A stretch of 64,000 nt of DNA from Amoeboaphelidium occidentale (taxonomy: Eukaryota): the NCBI GenBank assembly GCA_023515795.1, contig JALGPX010000046.1:1-64000 (forward strand), written 5' to 3'. This document shows, in pieces, positions 48,303-57,809 of the stretch. The translations under genes and the position numbers were made by a program. How positions within the stretch are numbered: the stretch's first letter is position 1; every line of letters starts with the position of its first letter. The notes under the pieces are model-generated. The model did not search any database and was not told the DNA's origin. It saw only the letters and a program-made list of their open reading frames with translations.

Positions 48303-48476
48303 TGTGACCGACCTTAGCTCAGTTGGAAGAGCATTGGACTGTAATTGTGATTGTTGTAATCCAGGGGTCCCTGGTTCGATCCCGGGAGGTCGGATTTTTT
48401 GGATGTCTCGCGTACTTTTTTTGATGCTCTTCTCTATCTCACAAGAACCGCTTTTCTTGTTGAAGCATACTTCGCT
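48303..48476 (+). repeat. Right arm of ~175 bp inverted duplication
   Basis: Aligns to the reverse complement of 41721-41893. Confidence 0.9.
48308..48394 (+). tRNA. tRNA-Tyr(GTA), intron-containing, identical second copy
   Basis: Same cloverleaf and intron as 41802-41888; TTTTTT terminator at 48395-48400. Confidence 0.95.
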
Positions 48477-48640
48477 TAATTGAATTTATTTTTCAATGTG
48501 CAATCACTTGAAACCTGGCACAGGCGGACAGTAACNNNNNNNNNNNNNNNNNNNNNTTTGATGCTCTTCTCTATCTCACAAGAACCGCTTTTCTTATTGA
48601 AGCATACTTCGCTTAATTGAATTTATTTTTCAATGTGCAA

Positions 48641-49768
48641 TCACTTGAAACCTGGCACAGGCGGACAGTAACCACCAAACGGACCGTCACCTTTCTTTCC
48701 ATTTGCAGGAGGAGAATCATAGAGATAAGTTGAATAAATCACAAAAGCTGCACCAAAAATGAATGACCATGTAACATTGAAATCAAATAGCCATACTGAC
48801 ACCATGCAAGATATAATAATGGATATTGAAGTAGCAAACCCTTTTAGAATGTTATCAGCATACTTCACGACCATCGCTACAATGAGACCGCCAACAGCTT
48901 GTGCAGTTATAACTATGTATGTCCATGAAGTGTATCCTTGGAAGAATCCCTTGGACATTACTGCTTCATAGTCTTTTCCGTAAACACCAAAAATCGCTGA
49001 GAGCAGAGCACCAAATGTAGCCAACTGAATGTTTCTCTCCCAAATTGATGGTGGCGGTCGAGCATTAATTGTATTTGTGGAGCTATTCTGATTAGGCTTC
49101 TTCAGTATCTTTTCAAAATAAACGCCGGCAAGACCTGACAAGCAACATGCAATAAAGACAGCCATCAATCCAACAAAGCGATTGCCCTTAGGAACATTAT
49201 CATTCGGTGTTTCTACCAAAATATCTCCACTTTCATCTGAAGGATCCTTAGAACTAAAAGTATCTTCCGGCAATTGGACCAAAGCTACACCCATCGTCAA
49301 CAAACAAAGAGAAACCCATTGGACTCCAGACAGCCGTTTCCCTAACATCCAAACACTTATAATGGCAGTAGTCAGAATCTTCAGCTGATAAGTAACCTGA
49401 AACGTTGCTGCATCCAGATTTGTCACAGCCAGATATTGCAGATTATTCTGAATGGTGTAAAGAACAGCAGGGATCGACAGTTTCCATGCGTCCCCTCTAA
49501 ACACATCCACCAGCCATCGGTAAATTGTAAACAGTTTAACTGTCTGATGGCTATCCGTTATCTGAGTGTGCAAGTAAACACCAACGCAAATGGTCAACTT
49601 AAAAAGCTCAGACAGAAGCACAGCTGTCGAGGCCAAGTACAAGTCCTTGTTCATTCTGGAGTATCGCATGGCCAAAATAAGAAAAGAGTTCTGCACAGCC
49701 AAAGTCACAAGTGATATTTGCCGAAGGGATACTCCCATGAATTTAAGTTGCTGCTCTGTGCTGGGCAT
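48641..49768 (-). CDS. UDP-galactose/nucleotide-sugar transporter (SLC35A/Gms1-like)
   Basis: YLASTAVLLSELFK, IPAVLYTIQNNLQY, QVTYQLKILTTA, GVYFEKILK, KYADNILKGFATS. Confidence 0.92.
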   Translation of the reverse strand: MPSTEQQLKFMGVSLRQISLVTLAVQNSFLILAMRYSRMNKDLYLASTAVLLSELFKLTICVGVYLHTQITDSHQTVKLFTIYRWLVDVFRGDAWKLSIPAVLYTIQNNLQYLAVTNLDAATFQVTYQLKILTTAIISVWMLGKRLSGVQWVSLCLLTMGVALVQLPEDTFSSKDPSDESGDILVETPNDNVPKGNRFVGLMAVFIACCLSGLAGVYFEKILKKPNQNSSTNTINARPPPSIWERNIQLATFGALLSAIFGVYGKDYEAVMSKGFFQGYTSWTYIVITAQAVGGLIVAMVVKYADNILKGFATSISIIISCMVSVWLFDFNVTWSFIFGAAFVIYSTYLYDSPPANGKKGDGPFGGYCPPVPGFK

Positions 49769-49803
49769 TAGGAGTTGAAAGTTTCAATCGATCAAACAGA
49801 AAA

Positions 49804-51063
49804 CTAAAGGGCAAGTCTATTTAGTTCAGTTAGACATTCTGCGTCGTATGATATTTTCACGATACTTGAAGATAAAGTATCCTTAAGCCATTTTTCATTG
49901 TGCTCATAGTCTTCGGAATAGTAATCAGGGCAGAGCCGTTTAAAGAGTCTCAAATTGCATGACACAAGCCAAACGCATGCTAGAAATGAAGCTAAAGGAC
50001 CAACATCAAAGCATTCATTAAACACATCGGCACCGTTCTCATTTAAAACTTGTTTGATAAAGTTGTAATAGATTTCATGACAGGGTTCCATGTCTGTTTG
50101 CAAGTTAACTCTACAACCATTTGCATCAAGCCAAGAAAGGTTGAGGTCATTATTCAGTAAGCGCTCATGAAGAAAAGATAAATACTTGTTAACATCTTCA
50201 AGAATCTGATCTTGATTATTTCTGAGCTCTTCTTCTTTCCTCAGAAGAGTTGGGTCAATTTCGCTTTCCGTGTTGCATGTTTCGCATTTGCCCAACGAAC
50301 CATCACCTCTTACAAATACGTAACCAGATGTACACACAGAACAGCTAAAAGGTCTACAATACTCGTAAACTTCACCAGAGCAAAGAGAGCAATTACATAC
50401 AAAGCCACGATGTAATAGAAACTCTCGTCTGAACTTTGTTGGTAAATACTCCTTGTCATTGTAAGTAATTGTGATCATATCGCCGCTTGTGATCTTTGCA
50501 GTAGATTTCAATGTAATTATACCATCACTAGAAAGAATAACAGTTGCATTAGGCAAGCAAGAATGTTCCATCATGGACGCAGTTATGCCTAGAATACACC
50601 AAAGTTCTCCATCATCGAGTTCATCAGAGTGATTATTAGTCTCAAGTATGCAGATCATACGTAGAATGTCAGCCTGAGATGGAATTCTAGTATTCTGACC
50701 TTTGCATTTCTTGTTTACGTAGCGGTGCAGCAGTTTTGCGTCTCGCTCGTATGATTCTAAACGATCGGGATCATTCTCAATAGCAACAGGCGATAAAACA
50801 CCATCCGAGGATAAAGAACTGAATGCCTTTAACGCGTGTTCATCTTCATTGATGATAAAGTTGATCCAATTTAAAAGCAACCGTGTCCAGTCCTTGTCAA
50901 TATTGAGATCTTTGCTCACAGTTTCTTTGCGAGATAACGTGGTCGTGTTAATAGAATTGAGTCTACTTTGTTCCGTAAAAATTATTTCGTCAGCTTCAAT
51001 ATCGCTCGTTGCCAAAAGCACATTGTCCTGTCGCTCCGGATGCTTCACAACAGCCCAAAGCAT
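49804..51063 (-). CDS. SET-domain protein (SMYD-like, post-SET Cys cluster)
   Basis: ASMMEHSCLPNA, GDMITITY, GFVCNCSLC. Confidence 0.8.
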   Translation of the reverse strand: MLWAVVKHPERQDNVLLATSDIEADEIIFTEQSRLNSINTTTLSRKETVSKDLNIDKDWTRLLLNWINFIINEDEHALKAFSSLSSDGVLSPVAIENDPDRLESYERDAKLLHRYVNKKCKGQNTRIPSQADILRMICILETNNHSDELDDGELWCILGITASMMEHSCLPNATVILSSDGIITLKSTAKITSGDMITITYNDKEYLPTKFRREFLLHRGFVCNCSLCSGEVYEYCRPFSCSVCTSGYVFVRGDGSLGKCETCNTESEIDPTLLRKEEELRNNQDQILEDVNKYLSFLHERLLNNDLNLSWLDANGCRVNLQTDMEPCHEIYYNFIKQVLNENGADVFNECFDVGPLASFLACVWLVSCNLRLFKRLCPDYYSEDYEHNEKWLKDTLSSSIVKISYDAECLTELNRLAL

Positions 51064-51110
51064 TTCCAGGAATTTTCACAGCGCAATCAACAAATCGAAA
51101 AGAACCTTTA

Positions 51111-52151
51111 ATGCCTTCAGCTGCCGATATTAGCGCAAAACTACCTCCTTTTGGTCATGCCCTGTCAGGCTCTGGTGGGGCTGTCTTGGCCCTATTGATT
51201 ACTTACCCTTTGGATGTAATTAAGACCAGAATGCAAGTTCAAACAAAAGATTCTGCCTTTACGACTCAATACTCTTCAGTTCTTGATGCGTTTCTAAGGA
51301 TTATCCATGAGGAAGGCGTAGAGGGAATGTACGCTGGTCTGGCTTCTGGTCTAATTGGAGTTGCGTCCACAAACTTTGCTTATTTCTATTGGTATTCATT
51401 CATTCGACAGTCGTATCAGAAGATGCTCCACAAGAAGGCTATTCAGTCTGGGTTTGCTGGTAAAGAGCTTCAGAATGCTTTACAAATTGGTACTGCGATG
51501 GAATTAGGTTTGGGTGCGATGGCTGGTGCTTTGGCGCAATTGATGACAATTCCTGTTTCAGTTATTACAACTCGCCAGCAGACTCAGGTCGTTAAGGAAG
51601 AAAAGGATGCCCCTATTTCTGGTAAAAAGCAAGTCACGTTCCAAAGCCAAAAGAAGCGTAGATACACAATGGTTGAAATGGCAAAGATCATTATTGACGA
51701 AGAGAGCGTGTTTGGGCTATGGAAAGGTTTGAGACCAGCTTTAGTTCTGACTATTAATCCTGCCATCACTTATGGTTTATTTGAAAGGCTTAAAGGTATT
51801 TGGCAGAGGTCTAAAGGATCTAATGGTAAACTGAGCTCTCTTGAAACTTTTCTGTTGGGTGTTGTTTGTAAAACTTTGGCTACAGTCGTCACTTATCCTT
51901 ATATCATGGCCAAAGTCAGGCTGCAATGGAAAGCAGCAGATTATGAGACTAATGAGAAAGTGAGATACAAAGATGCGTTGGATGTTTTAGTGAGAGTTTA
52001 TAAATCAGAGGGTTTGGCAGGTTGGTTCAACGGAGTTAATGCGCAGATATCCAAAGCAGTCTTGTCTCAAGCTCTTTTGTTTGTGATTAAAGACAAGCTA
52101 AATTTATATACCTATGTCTTATTTGAACTACTAGGCGCTGTTAGTGCATGA
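51111..52151 (+). CDS. Peroxisomal adenine nucleotide carrier (Ant1/PMP34-like, SLC25)
   Basis: YPLDVIKTRMQ, NFAYFYWYS, LVLTINPAITYG, YPYIMAKVRLQ. Confidence 0.88.
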   Translation: MPSAADISAKLPPFGHALSGSGGAVLALLITYPLDVIKTRMQVQTKDSAFTTQYSSVLDAFLRIIHEEGVEGMYAGLASGLIGVASTNFAYFYWYSFIRQSYQKMLHKKAIQSGFAGKELQNALQIGTAMELGLGAMAGALAQLMTIPVSVITTRQQTQVVKEEKDAPISGKKQVTFQSQKKRRYTMVEMAKIIIDEESVFGLWKGLRPALVLTINPAITYGLFERLKGIWQRSKGSNGKLSSLETFLLGVVCKTLATVVTYPYIMAKVRLQWKAADYETNEKVRYKDALDVLVRVYKSEGLAGWFNGVNAQISKAVLSQALLFVIKDKLNLYTYVLFELLGAVSA

Positions 52152-52246
52152 AAGTTGACGAATTTAGTCAATGCTGTCATTAAATCTGCGGGTCAATAAA
52201 TCCATTCATTTTTTGCTTTATTTTTCCAGTACCATTTTCAAATAAT

Positions 52247-54669
52247 TCATTGTGAACCCATGTGGTTAAGAGCAGAACCTGCCTTGAACCAGGAAATTTG
52301 GTTTGAGTTGAAAGTGTGGTTAACCTTCAAATCAATCTTCTTTCCGTCTGGCTTCTGTACTCTCAAAGTTAAAGGAACACCTTCCTTGAAGTTGGTCAAA
52401 CCAACGATGGAAACTTTGTCTTGAGGATCAATCTTGTCATAGTCCGATGGCTTGTCAAAGGTTAACGGCAACATACCTTGCTTCTTCAAGTTGGTCTCAT
52501 GAATACGTGCAAATGACTTAACAATGATAGCACGACCACCCAAATGACGAACTTCCAAAGCAGCGTGTTCTCTTGAAGAACCTTCACCATAGTTCTCATC
52601 TCCAATAACAACCCAAGGAATGTTCTTGGACTTGTACTGTCTAGCAACAGCTGGAATTGGTTCATACTTTCCATTCAAAAGGTTCTTGACTTCGTTAGCC
52701 TTGTTGTTTTCAATATTAATTGCGCCGATCAACATGTTGTTGGAAATGTTGTCCAAATGTCCACGGTACTTCAACCAAGGACCAGCAGCAGAAATGTGAT
52801 CAGTAGTACATTTTCCTTTAACTTTGATCAATACAGGCATATCCAAAGCGTCTTTTCCATCCCATTTAGCAAAAGGAGTTAACTTTTGTAAACGAGTGCT
52901 CTTTGGGTCAATATCGACTTCAATCTTGGAACGATCAGCAGGTGGTGGTTGATAGGTATCTTGACCAGGATCATAGCCCTTTGGAGGAAGTTCATCACCA
53001 GAAGGAGGAGAAAACTTGAATGGCTTGCCGTCTTTTCCTTTCAATGTATCGGTCAAAGGATTGAAATCCAAAGTACCAGCGAAAGCGTATGCAGTAACGA
53101 TTTCTGGTGAAGCAACAAAAGCATGAGTAGCAGGGTTAGCATCATTTCTTCCGGTAAAGTTTCTGTTGTAAGATGTGATGATAGAGTTCTTTTCACCCTT
53201 CTTAACATCTTTTCTGTCCCACTGTCCAATACATGGACCACAAGCGTTAGCCAAAACAACACCACCAGCATCAGTCAAAGTCTTCATGATTCCATCACGA
53301 GCAATTGTAGCACGAATCTGTTCTGAACCAGGAGTAATTGTGAATTGAGACTTCACCTTCAATCCCTTGTCCAATGCTTGTTTTGCCAAACTTGCAGAAC
53401 GTGTCATATCTTCATAAGATGAGTTGGTGCAAGATCCAATTAAAGCAACTTTAAGTTCAGATGGCCAGTTGTTCTTCTTGACGGCTGCAGCAAACTTTGA
53501 CACAGGGTTTGACAAGTCAGGAGTGAATGGACCATTGACGTGAGGTTCTAGGGTATTGAGATCAATTTCAATCAATTGATCGTATTTAGCACCTTCGTCA
53601 GCCTTCAAGTTATCCTTGAAAGAGTCTGCAAGTTCTGCGATATAACCACGCTTGGTTGCACGCAAGTAATCAGCCATTCTCTTGTTGTAAGGGAAAACAG
53701 AAGTAGTTGCACCAATTTCAGCACCCATGTTACAGATTGTAGCCATACCAGTACAGGACATTGTGTCAACACCAGAACCAAAGTATTCAACGATGGCACC
53801 AGTTCCACCTTTAACAGTCAAGATATCAGCAACCTTCAAGATGACGTCCTTTGGAGATGTCCAACCGCTCATTTTACCAGTCAATTTAACACCAATAACT
53901 TTAGGGCACTTCAATTCCCATGGCAAACCAGCCATAACATCGACAGCATCAGCTCCACCAACACCAATAGCAACCATACCTAGACCACCGGCATTAGGAG
54001 TGTGGGAGTCGGTACCAATAACCAAACCACCAGGGAAAGCATAATTTTCCAAGATGATTTGATGAATAATACCAGAGCCAGGCTTCCAGAATCCAATTCC
54101 GTACTTTGCGCAGGCAGATTGAAGGAAATTATAAACTTCCTTGTTAATATCCTTAGCACGCTGCAAATCCTTCTCGCTACCAACTTGCGCTTCAATTAAA
54201 TGATCGCAGTGGACGGTCGTAGGAACAGCAGCAGTTGGCATACCAGCAGACATGAATTGCAACAAAGCCATCTGCGCAGTAGCATCCTGACATGCAACAC
54301 GATCAGGTCTCAACTTCAAGTATGACTTTCCTCTAACCAACTCCTGATTCTTTGCATCATCCAAGTGACCGTAAACAATCTTCTCAGCCAAAGTCAAAGG
54401 ATGGCCCAACCTAAATAAGGGAAACGATCAGTCTTTCCATTATCCTTTAAAATTTGCCTTTTCCTGACAATCTTTAAATTGCCGTCGATGCGTTGGTAGT
54501 TGATCTTTGAAGCCGCTTCCAAATTATTCATTTTGACTTTGCGGTCCCAGTCTTTTGCCGTTGCCAAAGTGCGCCATCCTTTCACCTGCTCATTAAAAAT
54601 TCAGGACTTCAAAGGGTGTAAACAAACCTGACGAACTGCAGCTCCAGAAGATGATTTTATAAGTGTCAT
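52247..54669 (-). CDS. ACO1: Mitochondrial aconitate hydratase, 2 introns
   Basis: [54 protein letters not shown]; presequence-like first exon from ATG 54669. Confidence 0.96.
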
Positions 54670-55038
54670 TCCGGGGCGGTGAATTTTCTTTGCGAGTGAA
54701 AAGAAGTTGTCGGGAGCAAAATCGGTTCTGATCGGGGGAAGGTTTCAACACGGCGCAACGATTTAAAGGAGATTATCGAAGTGACCAGAAGTTAAATACT
54801 TCCGGAATTTGTTTTAATGTATCGCTGAAGTGCTTTGAAGCGCCTAGTAGGAAGTATCACTTAAAATCTGTCAATAGCAAGCGATCCATGCCGAATCATA
54901 CTTGCGCCTTACATGGTGAACGCTTTAAATCGCATGATTTCTAATAAAAATGGTCAAAGGCGCAATACCGATAGATTTTAACGCCTTTAAATTTTGAAGC
55001 CCCTTCCAAAGTTTTTCTAGAATAAAAGCTCAAGCCCA

Positions 55039-56835
55039 ATGCAGAGAAACGATACCAAAAAAGCCGAGCCTTTTAGGGCAACAGGAGACAGCGCAAAAAG
55101 TAAATTCGCTTCAGAAAAATATGAAGTTTATTTTAGAGCATTCCGTTAACGATTCCAATGGCAGTGGTGGCAGCAAAGGAAAGCAAAGAATGATGACTTT
55201 GGAAGAAGTGGAAAAACAATTGAGTGGATCTTCATTAAAGGAATCTTCAGCTGCTGCCTCTACAGCATCCGCTACTGGGGCAGGCAAAAATGTCATGACG
55301 CTGGAGGAAATCGAAGCAGAATTTGTTAGGCCATTTAAGCAGGACAATGAAATGTCTGCAGAAGAGCAGCAATTCCTGGCACACGTTAAAGATTTGGAGC
55401 AAAGGAAGTTGGCCCTGTTCAAATTACTGGACCAAAAGAAGGCTCTGCATGATGGTTTAATGAGGCCTGAAGATCAGGATTATATCGCAAAGATTCAATT
55501 GTCTCAGTTGGCAAACGATCCTCATTTGGTTGATGATTTCTATAACAGACGATATCAATTGAAGTTGGCGGAGGGAGGCAATAGTGATCAGATGACGATA
55601 TCACAGTTGCAGGGTAAATCTTCCAAGACCGGAAAGAACGAAAGTGATGAGGAAAAGTACAAGAAGATGATGTCTGCTGTTAAAAGGAGAGTCAAGCCAA
55701 GACAAGATCAATTAGAAATTCAGGGAGCACTCGGTAAGATTCCGCTCTATAATGTTATGAATCCTCGGCAGCAGATTAAGATTACTCCCTCTGATCAGAA
55801 TCTTGTTACAAATGTTCAGTCAAATGCAAAGAATGTCATTTCATTTAAACATGTTTTGAAAGTCATTGAGAATGTATATCAGGGATTAATCGAGATTGAT
55901 GAGCTATTTATTGAATGGCAACACCGAAAACAGGAATCTGGCCCTGCAGCAGAAGAATCGCAAGCACAGTTCAATCGTAAATACACTGAACAGGTATGAT
56001 ATTGTCTGATTTGATGCTAATCTCTTGTCTTCTATAGGTTAAAATCATTTGGGCTTGCTTGCATAGATTGAGTCCAACTTTTATTCAGTCTGAGAATGAA
56101 GATTTGAAGGTGTTGTTACAAAAACAGCCACCATCATTGTCACTTTTCCTGTCTGTAAGAAAAGGAAGAAAATGCTTGCCGAGATTAATACGATTCTTAC
56201 CGCCTCCACAATTAATGATGTTATTGAAAGCATGTATGCTGTCGTTGAAGAACATTGCAATAAGAAGTTCAAATCCAAAAGATATCTTGGAAGAGCTGGA
56301 TGAATACACGACAGATGTGGTATTCGCTTTTGTCGAAATGATCAGCGGAATGACGATGGATGGCTTGCTGGATATCGTTGCTTGTCTTCGAACTAATGAA
56401 GGCGACTTGACTGGTGTTGCTAGATCAAAGCCTGGACTTCTATTCCTTACTTTGATCATCAGCAGAGCGGAACTCATTAAACAACAGCAAAATGAAGAAT
56501 CAGATGCTACAATGATGTGGAATACTCAAGTGTTTCCATACATCTTCAGTGCATTCGAGACAAGGTTCAACACATTGTTCCCTCCAACGCATATTATGCC
56601 ATCCTTGTTCTCTCAGACAGAGAACGTGAAGCCAATACCTGTTGATGATTCCTACGCATGGCAATTCCTGGCTGCGATGGCTGTGGCATCTACATTGGAT
56701 CAGCAAAGAATCCTTGTCGCGGAGATCAGAGACAAGATTTTTGAAACTGTTACAAATGGTGGCCAGCAGGGCGTAGACAAAGTGAATGTATTCCTGAACG
56801 CAATTGGCCTCGATGCAAGTCAATTAGTCGCATGA
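55039..56835 (+). CDS. PAT1: mRNA decay factor Pat1-like
   Basis: MTLEEIEA repeats, GLM...IAKIQLSQL...DDFY, ALGKI...NPRQ, FLSVRKG..LPR, WQFLAAMA; start uncertain. Confidence 0.8.
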
Positions 56836-56892
56836 TAATGGCAATGAATAATCATTACTAAAGCCTAATAATCCTTTATTACTTTGAACTTT

Positions 56893-57197
56893 TTATGGCT
56901 TGTCAGTGGAAGGAGCAGGGTTCATCCTTCTCTTTCCAAATCCAGCGACAACATTCACGAATCTTCTGTTGTACTGAATGCGCTTCTTAGCACGTCCAAC
57001 CTTCTTCTTCTTCTTTTCCTGCTTTTCGACCTTTGGTGTTTGTCCTTTAACTTTACCTGCACGCGCAAGGGATCCGTGTTGTTTTCCCTACAGAGATTAG
57101 TCGCTGTTCAAAGCCAATAGAATGAGTGGCGGCTGTCCTCCAGTTGTTAGCCGTTGTGGCTTTCCTTTAAGGACACCGCCAATTAAGATCCTACCAT
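56893..57197 (-). CDS. RPS30: 40S ribosomal protein S30 (eS30), 107-nt intron right after ATG
   Basis: [46 protein letters not shown]; intron 57088-57194 with GACTAAT branch site; absent from the ORF track. Confidence 0.95.
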
Positions 57198-57230
57198 TTC
57201 GACTGATTAAAAAAAAATTTTCATCGGTCG

Positions 57231-57764
57231 ATGGAGCGCGATCATGTTGAGTTTATGGAAGCTGCAATACAAGTAGCGAAGAATGCGCGCCTGGTAGATG
57301 AAGTTCCGATAGGGTGCGTGTTTGTTCATGTTCCTACTGGTGAGATCTTGGCGTCTGCTCATAATCGGACATGCATTGAGAAGAATGGTACCAGACACGC
57401 TGAGATGGTTGCGATCGATGATATTTTGACAAAGTACTCATATGAAGTGTTCAGAGATTGTGTTCTTTATGTAACAGTGGAGCCCTGCATAATGTGCGCT
57501 GCTGCTTTGAGGGAGATTCAGATCAACAAGGTTTACTTTGGTGCTTGGAACGAGAAGTTTGGTGGTTGTGGTGGTGTTTTGACTGTACATCAAGATGAAT
57601 GGGATGGTAAAGGCGGCAGATATGAAGCAGTTGGTGATCTCTTGCGAAAAGAGAGTATAATGCTCCTCAGGGAATTCTATTTGACAGAGAATCATAAGGC
57701 TCCAAACCCACAAAAGAAAGATCGCAGAGTACTAAAGTTTGATATACCTCCACCAAAACAATAA
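57231..57764 (+). CDS. TAD2: tRNA-specific adenosine-34 deaminase catalytic subunit
   Basis: EVPIGCV, TRHAEM, VTVEPCIMC, NEKFGGCG. Confidence 0.92.
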   Translation: MERDHVEFMEAAIQVAKNARLVDEVPIGCVFVHVPTGEILASAHNRTCIEKNGTRHAEMVAIDDILTKYSYEVFRDCVLYVTVEPCIMCAAALREIQINKVYFGAWNEKFGGCGGVLTVHQDEWDGKGGRYEAVGDLLRKESIMLLREFYLTENHKAPNPQKKDRRVLKFDIPPPKQ

Positions 57765-57809
57765 TAAGTTTTTCATGTAAATAGATTCTTTATATTAATT
57801 AGCGTCTGA

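Noticed and set aside
53053..54199. Several antisense and alternate-frame ORFs in aconitase, likewise in myosin and TPS
   Set aside because: Shadow ORFs from codon bias, with no motifs
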